Below are positions 14,138 through 28,115 of a DNA stretch of 64,000 nt, one piece after another. How positions within the stretch are numbered: position 1 is the stretch's first letter; each line of letters starts with the position of its first letter. The translations under genes were made by a program, and so were the position numbers. The notes beneath the pieces were generated by a model. The model saw only the letters and a list, made by a program, of their open reading frames with translations, was not told the origin of the DNA and did not search any database. The DNA is from Rotaria socialis (lineage: Eukaryota): NCBI GenBank assembly GCA_905331295.1, contig CAJNYD010000062.1:434001-498000 (forward strand), read 5' to 3'.

Positions 14138-15524
14138 AATAATTAATTAGCTATTTGATCTAATCGTATTAACAAATCACAGTTTTATACTACATGAATT
14201 ATTAGAACTGTAATAGGAAAAATCTATTATCACTCTTGCTACTTAGATTACAAATTCCTAGAGTGTCGAGGAAAATAGTTTTGTTCGTCATATTATCTCG
14301 CATGTTAACTCTATTTCGGATTGCTTCTATATTTCTACGCTTTATGATATAAATAAGACAACATAAAATATTACTCTCTGATTTCTCACGCGTTTCCATC
14401 TCGATAATGGCAGCTCTTAGGGGTGAAAATAAAAAAATGAATACGATTCGAATTAGCCACTGAAGCATGTCATGAAATTAGAGGCATAAACGTGTATATA
14501 GTATATTTATTTTTATATAAATAATCGATAAAAATTCAAAACATTCGTTGTCATGAATACATATAGAGAGAAAACATGATAATTACTACTGAAAAGAAAG
14601 TAATATTAAAATATCTTGTTTTGGTATGATCTAAATTTAGCTTGAAATCGTTACTGTTGGTGTATATAAAACAGAAGTAGTATAGATTTGAAATAGACGC
14701 TTCAGGGTACGATGATGTAAAAAACGCTGTTATAGTCAGTATATAAGACATAGAATATATTCAAAACAAAAAAAGAAGCTAACCGATGTACTCTATGCTT
14801 TCTTCGTTCTGCCTTACTACGCAGTTGAGAAGAATAACAATGGGCAGAACGGGAAAAATCTCCTGTTTATTTTCATTTTATATATTCTTCTGCACCAATT
14901 TGTGACCGACTTTTTAGTTGCAAGCAGAAAGAAAATACAAATCTGTAAAAAGAAAACAGCATGTCATTTGAATCTTTAATGTGTCTTGTTTCTAATGGAA
15001 TAATGCAAAAGAATCTAGGCAATTCCTTTATCAAAAGTCTAGCATACATCAATCGATCAATATTTCTATTTAAATATGCAAAAATCTATCGTAGGTTTAA
15101 TAGCAATGACGAACGACGAAAGAAAAACGTGACATACAATGGACTGTTCTTCATCGACGTTACTTCTTTCGTTCTAAATTAGACATCAATGACGAGCGTA
15201 TATAAATGTATACTTATATGACTAACGCGATACACAAAGAAATAAAATATATCAGTTAATGCCCAATAAATTGATGAGTAAAAACCTAGATCATCGAGAA
15301 TAATCATCATCATCTGCATTAAAGTATAATACTTGCGACGCGATTTTTAATCTATAAATACTAACAATATTTTCAGCTGTAATATCTACTAATGATAAAT
15401 CTTCTCACGAGTATATCACGATTTTCTTAAATTCCATATGAAATTTTATATGAAGTATGCAGACGCTTATCACAGCGGACTTGCTATAAATAGAAGAAAT
15501 GTTAACCTTTCTAATTCTTTAGGG

Positions 15525-15859
15525 CAGTGACGGCGGAGCCACTGAGACAGGTGAAGCTTGAGCCTCACCTAGTTTTCAGCAGACGAGACTCAACCTCACC
15601 TAGATTTCGCGATATGAGACTCAGTCTCACTTACTTTTGTACTGAATATTGCTATTTTTTTGTTCTTGCATCAGAGTAGAAGCAAAGAAAAGTAGTTTTC
15701 GGTATTTTCCAATCTTCTTTTTTTTCTACTGACCATTTTTATTTTTACTGAAGTTCAATAAAAAGAAGACTTATTTACTACTTGATGTTTCATAAAATTC
15801 CACGGTAGCAAAAAAGTATGATGAGCCTCACCTAGCTTAATGACGCTCCGCCCCCCCTG
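15525..15859. mobile_element. hAT-type MITE with 8-bp target site duplication
   Basis: TIRs CAGTGACGGCGGAGC / GCTCCGCCCCCCCTG; TSD CTTTAGGG at 15517-15524 and 15860-15867; internal (GAG)CCTCACCTAG repeats. Confidence 0.85.
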
Positions 15860-18800
15860 CTTTAGGGTTGTTTATTTTCTTTAGTAGGTAAAATACCAAA
15901 AACTCATAACAAAAAAAAATATTTTGAAAAGGATTATCTTGTATTATGAAGAGTTTTTCTCGCTCGACACAACAGAGAGCATTCGTTTACTCTTATGAAG
16001 TCATTATGCATGAAATATACATGAAAATCAGATTCTCGATGATAATTCAAATATTATTTTAAAATAAAGTTCTTTAAAAAATAACATTATTTTTCATGTT
16101 AACGATACTGATAGAAGTGAGTGGGAATCAAGAATCATTGAAGTTGAGAATTTTCCTGGATAGTATATTTTTTGTGAACTTGCTACGAGATTTTCAACGA
16201 ATAATAATCTGAAATTGAAAATATCTATTGGAGATTATTCATCTAGTCAAAATTAAAAGTCACAGTCCATTAGATATTTCCGTTTTCACGTAATTAAAGA
16301 ACATATACATTCATCATATGAAGTGTATATAGACGGCATGTAGATTACAATAGTCTACTAATGACGCATTTCTCATAGTCATTAAATCTCAGATTTTTTT
16401 CTCACTGTTTAGTCAAGTCTGATGAATCTATTTAATAAGATATTAGATCAAATCCGACTAAGACATTGTGATGTTCAGTCAAGGTATTGAATGGTTAGTG
16501 CTATTCTATCAAGTACAGCAATTATATCGAGCAGGTTGAACATTCAATTTCAACGGAAAATTCAGGTGTCATATAATTATTACCTTTAGAGCGTCTAAGG
16601 TATAATCGTATTCTTATTCACCTCCTTTTATTTTCTGTATGGTGTTCTTTTGAACCCACGATAAATTCATCTTACTTATTTCTATGAAATCTCAAACTGA
16701 AATGTAATGCAATAATTCTTTTCCAAATGATGATCAAGCATAGATTTTCATCTCATGTCAATTTATAATTAGCTACGAATTGCATCTCAGTGATATTTTT
16801 GAATAGTATGAAGAATTTTGTTATTCTAAAGCGATGAGATCATTGAGTAAAAATAACAGCTCAACCCTAAAAAAAAACCTGCGTCCTATTACATCGTGAA
16901 TATTGTTTTATTCATGCTTGCCACCGGTACACGAAAAACAAAGTTCGGTTTTCAATAGAAAATAATATGAAACCTTAGTAATCTCAATTGAGCAGAATAT
17001 CTAGTGCAGTTTATCATGTTCGTATCGTAATATAGATATAAAATACTATATGAACCAGAACGACACGAATGACATCGAAATACAGCATTGGTAGTATTAT
17101 CGAAGGCTTTCAAAACAATTGTATACATTCGGGTAAGGATAAAATGATCATGTAATGGACAATGGAATCAAAGCTAAGTTTTTGATATTCAGGCGTATAT
17201 GTGAATGTTACTGGTAGGCGAAATTTGTGTTAGTATTAGAAATGATAAATATTTAGAGATAGCGAATATACAGATTGTTCTTACTTCTCATCGATCAAAT
17301 ATCACTGACCTAGATTATAGATATGCGTACAGATAGCGAAAAGAAATGCTATCGAAAGAAATCGTTGAATCATTTGCTGTCTCCTTACTTTCTTATATGA
17401 TTGATTCTTTCGAAAAAATTGATCTTTTCCTCGATAGATGTACTCAAATAAAAAATCATTTTCGTGGTAGATTGACAATGCAATAAGTAGCTACGTAAAA
17501 CTTGTGATGCAATGAATCGACTATCATAAAATTGATATTTTTTAGTTTCAAAGTTAACAATTGAGAGTAGACTGCTGGAACAACTCAATTGTAATCTAAC
17601 AATAAATACAATCATGAAAAATACTAGAATTTTCTCAGATATAAAACTGTATAGTCAGTTGATGCGACTGTTCAAGACAACTAAGTTTTCTATAGAGAGG
17701 AAACCATTCGCGTTAAGATATTTAATATGATATCGTTTTTTTTAATATTAAACAGCAGTTATACACTCTCATTGAAAGCAACTATGTCTCTCGCAGGATC
17801 TTCTATTTTGACTGAAACAAAATCAAATGTGATTCTAACTAGATAAGGTTCCATGCTGTATTATAGAGGGTTCCAGAAACGAGAAAATTCCCAGCTTACA
17901 ACAAGTTTATGAGAAAAAAAATAATGGTTTTAATATAGACCAACTGTTAGAAATCTAAAAAAAGCTCGAGAATATCAAGAATTATGTATAGTAATATCGC
18001 TGGTGCTAGTTATTATTAATTATATGCAACAGTTAGGCAAAGATACTCGTTAACAAAAGATTTAGACAATCACTTTTTATTAGATGCGAATGACTCCATA
18101 ATGAAAAAAACTAGGTCAAATGATTTCCCATAAATTAGCGACAGTTAACGTGTTCGATAACGCTATGATTCAAACGCGTCGAAAGATGATAGAAGGCGAG
18201 ATAGTGATAACGGTTTTCATTGACGTAATAGCTAGTTGTGAAAGTTAATTCGGCGAAGATTTTTTCTTATCATCATGTTATCTTTTTACTATTGAGTTGG
18301 TAATTGTAATTTCAACAGCGTTAGTTGGAGTTTTCAAACGTCACTGCTGCATAAAAATAGGTCCCACGCTGAGTTCTATTAAATATTCTGTCGCAAACTG
18401 TCCCATTGGACGGATACTTATCTAGTTTCTAAGACACTCTATGAAAAACAAAAACTTTCAACAACTTATTAGGTTTTACACCGAGAATGACTGTATACTT
18501 CACTACTCAAAGATTCTCGCATCATACGGTTGACATGATACTCTAAGGCCAGTTCGTTTACGAGAGTGATGTACCAGTCTCATGAGTCAAATTACCTTTT
18601 TTTCTCTCGTCAAAAGCAGTCATTTGAAATCGAGCTTGCTTCTGAAAGTAGCTTATGTTTTACTTTTTATCGTCCATTACTAACGTTGCTGACGAAAACA
18701 ATCATCAATTGAAAAACATTTATCTAATGAGCTATATTTTCAAGTATGCTTTTGAGATAAAAGTCGTTACTCAACAAAAATCTAATGTACATAAAAGTCG

Positions 18801-20514
18801 TTGTTCTCTATCTGTCTGCTGTCGAATGAAAAAAAACAATTTTCTTTCTAGATGACTAGAAAAGTAGTTAATGTAACTCGTTGCATTAGTTTTCAATCAA
18901 CTTGACATTTTTCTCTTCTTTTTTTCTTTTGCCTCTCTTCGATCATTGCAGCAGGGGTACGCAATGATTTTTTTTCTTACATTACCTGAGCTAATTATTG
19001 AGAACAAGGCGTATGGCTCAATAGTTAGTCGTATTTCTTCATTCAAAATTACTCAGCAAGTTCTATTACAAAGAAAATTGAATTTCAGATGTAGATTAGG
19101 AAGCTGTAAGTTCAATAGAATGGATAGAATCATAGTGTTAGTACATGGTCAATACGCTTTTTTTGTTTGACATCGATCGAAAATAAATAGTTTTACATCT
19201 CTGCTGTTAGACACACAAAGTCATATAGAAACAAGAGTTCAATAGATCCAAAAAAACGAACTATGATATGATGAAAAGCTTCTGAGAAAAGTTCTTACTT
19301 CTTTACTAAAAAGTTAAAAACTAGGTGAAGCATTGTCGAAAGAAAATTATATTGTCAGCGTTCTGCCACTTGCTCTATCTGAAGGTAAACGCTGTTGAGT
19401 GATGCCAGTTTCATCTATCAATGAAAGAACGTCACGCTATGCACGCGCACAAGCACCAACAATTGTCGACATGATGTCTGACACAAGTTTCATGCAATAC
19501 ATTAATATCACGGACGGCCACCAACCAGGCTTCATCTCGATGATAACCTGTGAGCGGTGGCCTTCAACTTCAACAATATTTAAGCAGTTCGGATTGAAAA
19601 ATGTACCTTACTAATTTATGAAATAGGAAAAGGAATTCGTTGCATGTTAAGAAATGCTCTTGCTCATAACTTGAAAAGTCAATCGTCAAGAATTTGTCAA
19701 TTAAAAAAACATTTCTTCAACAATAAAAAATAAAAATGCGGGTATTTATACTTCTAGAAATGAATTGAATTGAGTTTTTGAAAAACAAAAATTATCAAGT
19801 ATAAAAAACAACATCATTGTGTACTTCGAAAGGATCTGCCTGCGTTGAACAATATCAAACTATGTTTAACTAGAATCAACACATTATTTACCATAAAGAA
19901 TTCAATTTCAAATACAGTGGTTTTGAAATTACAGGTGAAATAGAAGACGTCACTGACATCTACCATAGTTTTTATTTATTTGTAGTTGATATACTATTGA
20001 GTTAATTTGCAATATTATATATATATATATTGTTTATCGTCACTTAACTGTTACATTGCATCAATTACTAATTTGATTTTTAAAGAAAATTTTCAATTTT
20101 AATTAAAGCAGTTAAATTTATTGGTTAATCAATTTAACTATCGGAAATCGAGAATATCAAAAAAAGAGATCGCCGGCCGAACGAAAGAAAAAGAATTCTT
20201 CAGTTTTTTACCTTCTCTTTCAACATTTTTTTCTTCTTTTTTTGTGCTATTTGTTCAGCGTAGGCGTCCGATAGCAACAGTCATGTTCCGCCATCCAAAA
20301 AATATTTTCGGCATCCTATCTTGTAAAAATTCTTTTTCGCTATGAAAGTTCTTTTTACTTAAAATTTTACTCTTTCCAAAATGAGTAATAAATCTTTGAC
20401 GCGATAAAAACATAGACTCGGAATTTGATCAACGGGTTTGATTAAAAAATAAAGCCTTAGAATTTTTTATACTTCAATCGTTTTAGATTTATTTACTTAT
20501 TCGTAGTCAAGAAG

Positions 20515-21335
20515 ATGGACGACAATAATAAAAATATTTTTGATGTTCTTGAATCGGTCAGTTAAATTTTATTATTCATAAAATATATTATCTGATATTT
20601 ACTTGTAGTCATCCTTTCCAAGAAGCATCATCAATGATCGAAAAATAAAATCACCAACAACTATATCATCCAATAGTATGCTTTTTAGTCGGCGCTCTCA
20701 TCTTCCATTGATGAATGCTGGTAATGGTTTGTATTCTGGCTCTTCATTGTCGCCTCAACCTTCATCACCTGGTGAAGTTGAAAGACAAAAACGAAAAGTA
20801 AGCAATTGCGTATTTAACCATACATGAATATGTGGTTTTTTTGTGATTCAAAATTAGGAGCGAACTCTTCAACGTCTTGGTTTTAAAAATCCCGGCCCAA
20901 AGAATTTAGTCAATGTAGCCAATGTACCAGCAAGACGTCCCAAAACTCGACAAAAATGTTTACAAGAAAAACTTAAGTAAGCATTATTTTAAATATCAAG
21001 AGTTTTCGAATCACGATCTGGTCAAGTAGCCGATGATTCATATAAATTTTTAAAAGCAATCTATTTTTATTCTAGTACAAATAAACCATTATATGATGAA
21101 TCTGGTCTGCTTATAACTGATCGAGGAGATCGATGTGATTGTAATCGTTCAAAATGTCCCGGCTGCTTTATACCATGTACCAATTGTGAATCACCAAAAT
21201 GTGGTTTGGAATGTCGTAAATATTTCAATGAAAAATTTTAATTTTAAACTTAATTTTAATTTCTTAGGAAATTATCGAACTTATTCTTATGAATATCGTT
21301 TATATGGAACAGATAAAGAAATAACTCAACAATAG
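20515..21335 (+). CDS. ARL14EP: ARL14 effector protein-like (Cys-rich C-terminal domain)
   Basis: Five exons, including ERTLQRLGFKNPGP and LYDESGLLITDRGDRCDCNRSKCPGCFIPCTNCESPKCGLECRNYRTYSYE. This matches the recalled ARL14EP pattern YD..G....CDCL...C.GCF..C..C.S.KCG.ECR..R...YE. Confidence 0.8.
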
Positions 21336-21491
21336 ATTAGAGTGCAATATCTATATTTATTAATTTTTTGTATTCAGATGTATTATGTTAAAGAGATAGG
21401 GCTGTCACATGTTTTTTTTTGTTTATTTTAATGGATAGAAAAATATGTCTTATCGTGATAAACTCACATTGAGTTTATTCTAGATCGACAT

Positions 21492-24159
21492 ATGCTCCTG
21501 CGAAAAGCGCAGACTAAAAAGAAATCCTCAACTGGTATATCTACTGGTTCGTTATTAGACAGTAGTTTAACATCAATAGAATGGCTACCAAATATGCAAA
21601 TCGGCGAAAATTCATCATCATCATCATCAGCAGCAGCAACAACAGCTGCAACGACAATATCACCACCTATTAAACAATCAGTACCTACGACAACATTTGT
21701 TCAACATAAAATTGAAGCAACTGAAATTGAAACACCGACAAGCACTTTTCATGAAAATATTCATGTTAAACCTCCGTATAGTTATGTTACATTGATTCGA
21801 CAGGCCATTCTCAGTACGAGAACACGACGAATGACATTAAATGAAATTTATCAATGGATTACTGATTCTTATCCGTATTTTCGCAACGCACCACCAAAAT
21901 GGAAGGTTAGCGATAGAAACTATGAATTACTCTATATACGATGTTTCATTATAGAACTCCATTCGTCATAATTTATCGTTAAATAAATGTTTCAAAAGAC
22001 TACAACGAAGTACAAATGATCCTGGAAAAGTAGAATATATTATTTATTATTATTTTAATTATTTTTAATTTATGTATTTGTTTCTTTCTTTTTTTTTATT
22101 AGGGTTCGTATTGGGCAGTCGAAGAAGCTTGTGAAAGTAACAATCAAATGCATCATCGAAAAAGAAAAGTAATTAAAAAGAAGATAAAGAATGTTGTCCT
22201 GAAGGGAAATAAATCATTTGTTTTCTTTGTCAGTCCGAAGACACACAACCATCGCCGCAAATATATCCTTCATCGCCAGTTACTTTAATTCAACAACCAC
22301 CTGGTATCTATACGCACAATAATCCTATGATATGTGGTGATATAAGTAGTGTTGAAGGACAATCATCATCAACTGATGAATCAGATTCAAGAATGTCTAT
22401 CACAGCACATGTAAGATTAATATTCATTTGTAACATGAATTATTCTAAAAATTTGAAACTGATTCTTTGTTTTCAATACATAGCATTATTTTCCTTTATA
22501 ACTTAAATTTATCTCGATTTAAATCATTATTATACGTTTACGATTCTGTTAAAGTTTATCAGAACTTGGAAGTTGATTTAAAAGAATATCTGTACTTGTG
22601 GATAAAAATATATCTTCTTCCTGTAGACTACCTGTGACGTTGTAAATCGAGAATTATAAAAATGGAAGTCAACAATTGTTGTAATTTATCGAAGAAAAAC
22701 AAAAAGAGCCAGAATCGTTTGTTGACTTCCGATTTTTAGTCGAGTCTACTTTGGAATAGTTCACAGAAGAAGCTTAACATTCAATTGTGGAACGTCACTA
22801 ACCTTTAGACGGTTTTTTTCCCTATAAGACTCAGCAACATTTTTAGTGAACAATGAAAACAAGTGTCTATCGCGATGCATGTGATTTTCAAGTCGATAAG
22901 ATTCGCACTATTATATTTTTAAAGATTATATAAAACACGTCGATTTTCATTAAGATTATCATTGACTCAAGTTTAAAGATGTTTGTTTGTTTTTTCTAAA
23001 TAGTCTGCTCTAATGCAATTGGATGATTTGAATGCTGAGTTAACTGCTTCGTTTCGTCTTTTTCAACAGCAAATCTTAGAAAGTTCAACATCCGCATTTG
23101 GACAAAATTTAGGTACGTTAAAAAAAAGCTTTTACTTTATATTTTACTACATTATATAAAAATAGATGGATCATTAATAAATTCTAATAATAGAAATGAT
23201 TGGACTTCTGATTTATTTCCTAATGGTGAGTCGAATAGTTTCTTTCAAAGTATAAAAATAGCATCAAGCGGAGAAATAAATTGGAATGATATTGATGTTA
23301 AACCTTATTGTGGTAAATATTTTCATAATATTTCTCTCGAAATAAATATTCTTATTCTAGAATTCCTGGATGACTTTTTAACGAATTCAACATTACACGA
23401 ACAAGATCGAGATAAACTGATTGATCTTGCTTCGTCACTTTCATCCTTCTTCGATTATACTGGAATAACAAGTTTAGCACGATCAAAAAAACCAAGTAAG
23501 ATCTTATAAGAAGAATCTTGCGATGATATAGCTTGTGTCTTTAATATAGAATAAAGAAATAATCGAACTCTAAATTTGAACATGTCGAGTTGAATTTAAA
23601 AAAGAATCATAATTCTGCTGATGTTTAGCACTTTACACATAGAACCGATGTGAAACCTTTTTTTTTCTTAGTCTATTTATGGATGCGTATCCTTAGTAGA
23701 TACCATCGGGTCTGGCCCTGAAAATTTTATGAATTTTCGCCAATTTTACTCGAAAAGTCTCAAGCTTATTGAAAACAATTTTAAAAGTACCTTGAAATTC
23801 TTGGATCCGATGAACTCTAATCATTCGTTAATAGGAACACTACAACACGAATCCATGCCAATTAAGTTAATACAATTCTGTGTTCACACAAGCATTCCCA
23901 AACCTCTAGTTGTTGCGTTTTAATGAGCGATATCAATTGTTGTATAATCACAATATATACTTATATTTTTCTTTTCTGTTTTATAGATGAATCGTTTGCA
24001 CAAATTCGACCATCGGTTATATCAAATAGGGCAACATTGGAATCAGTTAATAACATAATTATCTTTTTAATTGAGGACTTCATGTTTTGCTTTTAGAATA
24101 ACACTCTTCCAGTGGTAATGGAAGAAGAGCCAGCATTCGATTGGGATTCGATAGCATAA
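21492..24159 (+). CDS. FOXJ3: Forkhead transcription factor, FoxJ2/3 class
   Basis: N-terminal [11 protein letters not shown] motif; forkhead [10 protein letters not shown]...[10 protein letters not shown]...[31 protein letters not shown] across short introns; C-terminus [12 protein letters not shown] as in FoxJ2/J3. Confidence 0.88.
22658..22737. repeat. Inverted repeat in the long FoxJ intron (MITE remnant)
   Basis: aaaaatggaagtcaacaa ... ttgttgacttccgattttt, bracketed by gtagact/agtctac. Confidence 0.45.
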
Positions 24160-24589
24160 CAATGCTATATAAATTCGAGTGTATATAGAGACGAGTATAA
24201 GAACACACGTATGGTTTTCTTTTCTTTATTCTCTTACATTTTAAATCAATTTTTTCCGTCCAAAACTAAAACAAATGTCGAAATGCTCAAGAGTATGATG
24301 ATTTCGATCGCTTTTTTTTCTGTATACGTTTGCTTAACCAATGCAATAATTATTTTTGTTTTCGATATTGTAAAAACGAAAACTAACAAAAAAAACAGTA
24401 TGTTTTGTGATTATTTTATTCATATTTTATCCTGAAACTATGTTTGTGTTTGTGTCGGATTTTCGTTTTCTGTGTATAGTCATCAGCCGGTGTGTGCTTA
24501 TTCTATTCAATTGTCGTATAATACAAACATGTTTGTCTAGAGCACCATATATATACAGATTAGTCTTGTTTACTGAATCGAATAATAAA

Positions 24590-24971
24590 TAGGCATGTGC
24601 AGTGTCAGTGTAAATACTGAAAAACTGATCACCAACTCCACTGACAGTGTGCTCAGTGGTGCAACGACTGCGCTGACGGCGTGCCCAGTGGAACACCGGC
24701 CACACTGTAATCATTGTCACTGACACCAACTTCACTGAAGCACTGATGATCACTCATATACTGATGATCAGTGAAACATTGACACACCGACAACTTTTTA
24801 TTGACTGAACTCTTTAGCCAATCAGAAAGATATCGGTGTATCAGTGTTTCAGTGACACCGATGACAGTGTGGATGGTGTTCCGCTGCGCACACTGTCGAT
24901 GTAGTCAGTGCTCCACTAGATACATCGTCGGTGCAAGTCGGTGGTCAGTACACCGACACTGCACATTCCTA
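24590..24971. mobile_element. hAT-type MITE with 8-bp TSD
   Basis: TIRs TAGGCATGTGCAGTGTCAGTGTA / TACACCGACACTGCACATTCCTA; TSD ATAATAAA on both sides; palindromic interior rich in CACTGA/TCAGTG. Confidence 0.85.
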
Positions 24972-27477
24972 ATAATAAACCAAAGTAAAGAACACTTTGA
25001 ATAAAAAATTGTGGGATAAAATTAGCAAGAGTGGGAGTAAGTTGTCTTCGTATCAGATCACAACCGGTGGCCTGGAACATGTACCGTTGAAGTTATTTAG
25101 TAATTTGTGTCTAGTTTAATGGCAAAGCTAGCGTTTCTGCTCAAGGCAGGTTCATGATGGAGGGAAACCATCCATATGCCCGTTACCAAATATATATTTT
25201 TGTTTTTCATAGCTAACATACATCGCAGTGCTTGCCAGGATTCTAGCGAAAAATTATTTGCAAAGGACGTCCTCCTCGGGATTTATCAGGACACTGCGAT
25301 GTATGTAACTAACCAAAAATACTCGTATTCGAGAAAGTTCCTGGATAATCAAATCTGCCCGTTTCACAATGTGCTATGAAATTCGTTATAGAAGATCTGG
25401 GATTTATGGAAAATAATTCTTTGAATTGTTGATGAATGATACTCATTGCAGAACAAAATTTTCGAAAGGATCCAGAAGCAAATAGTAACTTATTCATAAC
25501 GAAAATCTATATTTTCTTTGGAGGAAGAAATATTATTGTCGGTTAGAATGAACGCGGGGAGAAACTTATAAATAACTGGAAAAGAACAGAATGATGTATA
25601 TTAAATAAAGATGCTAATTTTGATATTTATGAGAGTTCTAAAATCCTTTCAATTGCGAATAAATAAGCTTATTAAAACATCTTCGATCAGAATTACAATA
25701 ATGATGGAAATCATCAGAGAATAGTTTTCAAAATGTAAAATGCAAAGAAAAAAATGATGTACGATGGATCACTAACTAAAACTGTTGTAATTCTTAATAC
25801 ATAGAAAATCATAGTAGAAAACGCCTACAAGATGCTTGTACTTAAGAACATAATACTCGTGGGTGCTTCATTGAGGAAGAGAAGAAGGTGGGAGTGTAAG
25901 AAGATTATATTGATCTACGATCTGTTTTGAGAATTGGACAAGTTTCATATTCTCATTGCTATCCTTGAACATTATTTTTCTATCTTTTTTGATAAAGCCA
26001 GATCTGTCAGACATGTTTATTGTAAAAAATAGAGAAGAAAACTATGATCCTACGGGATGAACCATGTGAAAATCGACTTTGATTGCTTTTTTTAACGCTG
26101 ATTCTCAATGCAAAAGGTAATTATGAATTCGAAACATCGATATATCAATCAATCGGACATTGAACAATTCTTAATACATTTGATTTATCATCATGCTCTA
26201 GAGTCATTTAATCCAATTTGCAAATAATTAAAAACAGCTGCATTATTATTCTCCAACACGATTTTTAATCCGTCACAATAAGACAAAGAAAGAAATCCTC
26301 TTATGATTTTGTCATCTCGTCAAAATGATACTATTTTTAAAATACATCTTTAAAATATTCACGAGAGCCAAAGAACGCAAAGACATTGTCATATACCAAT
26401 ATCCGATTCACTTCAAATTATGGCGGAAACTTGCGTATATTTTCTTTTTCTGTTGTCAATTATCAATATTCTACAATGAAAAGTTTCCTTTTAAAGCATC
26501 AAATAATGTCTCTAATTAAATAAATTTTTAGCAAAAGAAAATTTCAGTGAAAACAACTTAAATGATCGTATGGGTTCGACATTTTTGTACGGAGTAATGA
26601 TTTTAAACTTTAGCGTCATTGTCTTGAATATTTATCTCCTTTTTAATTTTTAAAATTAGCATTCAATAAGAATAGAAATTTTCACGTGTTCATTATAGTG
26701 AGCATGTTGCACGCTTTTTCTTAAGAAAAGAACGCGAGTACACTGCTGCAAATACGCCGCAGTAGCTGTTCTTGGATTGCCATGATTTTCTTTAAATCAG
26801 CTACAGAAAAATAACATTATGTGATATTTAGTATCTATTGAATCGAGTACTAACGAATACAAAAAAACATATCATCCATAAATAAAGTGATATAACCACT
26901 TGATTATTTTTTTGTAAAAAAAAAACAAAACTCGCAACTGCTAGTGGTGATCATTTTTAGAAAAATAATATTCATCTAGGCAATTAGTTCGCAATATGTT
27001 CTTTCACTGCTCGTTCATGCATGAAATCATTGAGAACAATCGTGAATAGTTGTTTGGACATGAACGTCTACCACAAAGCTTTTCTTCTATTCAATTTTTT
27101 GAAAATAAACATCTAACGTAAGCATCTTTATTTTCTTTCATGAATAATTAGCTATAAGAATAAGCTGGTAGAGATTATAAATAAAATAAATTATTAATAA
27201 TATTATATTTCTTTAGATGTAGCGAAGCCACGACTTCTATGTACATATCTATGTATGATAATAGCTATCGATGTATTTGAAAATTGAAAAGCACTTACAA
27301 AAGATAATAGTGCCTTAAATTGTGATACTAAATATTTTATTATATTTTATAGAATTTATTAATTAGAATGTAAGATAGAATGAACCCTTATTGATGAAAA
27401 AGACTTAGTTTTTTAAATGTTCATGATGAAAGATATTTTAAGTCGAACACAAGCAATCAGCGAAACAGTGCGATCAT

Positions 27478-28115
27478 TTAATGTGATAATTGTACTTCAT
27501 TGTCGATCATTTGAAGGTAGGTTCTCAAAAAGCAATCTCTATCACCTCGTCGTGCGGCATCTTGGCCGTAAATTTTGTCAATCTAATGTAAATAAAAAAT
27601 TTTAAAAAACTAAAACAACAAGAATGTGTTTTTATCTACCTGTTCAATTGAAATTCGAGAACAGCTATTGGCACATTCGCATATAGGACCACAACCATCA
27701 ATTGATCGCTTCTTGCGCTAGAAAAAGAGAAAAGAAAAAAAATCGTAAAGATCTTTCCAATAACCAACATAAATATGAAACTTACCAAAATTAATGAGTG
27801 ATCGTCGACGCAAACATAACAAGCTTCAAGACAAGCAACATCCTCAGGAAATTGAGTAAAAGAATCAGCTGACACTGATCCAGCCGCTTTGTCTGTATTT
27901 GACGAATCGTATTGCTGCTTCTCATCATCTGCACTACGCATTTCATTGATGTCAACATTGAGAAGCTTTTTCATAGAATTTTGAAGAACACGCTCGTTTT
28001 CATTCGCACGAGAGATTCGATTCAAGTGATCATTATGTAACTTCGCATCATGATGGTTCAAAGCCGCGCATAAACCATTGAGTAAAACTAGTGAAAAGAA
28101 GAAAAGACTGACCAT
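27478..28115 (-). CDS. Secreted cysteine-rich prepropeptide (neuropeptide/hormone-like), unknown family
   Basis: Signal peptide MVSLFFFSLVLLNGLCAA; three exons give ...CLEACYVCVDDHSLIL/RKKRSIDGCGPICECANSCSRISIEQ/IDKIYGQDAARRGDRDCFLRTYLQMIDNEVQLSH*, with an RKKR convertase site and 8 C-terminal Cys. Confidence 0.75.

Noticed and set aside
14202..20345. Numerous 60-90 aa ORFs in the gene-poor region
   Set aside because: Composition reflects AT-rich noncoding DNA; no motifs or coherent exon chains.
24427..25004. ORFs 24427-24753 and 24801-25004
   Set aside because: They largely overlap the palindromic MITE and show no protein signature.
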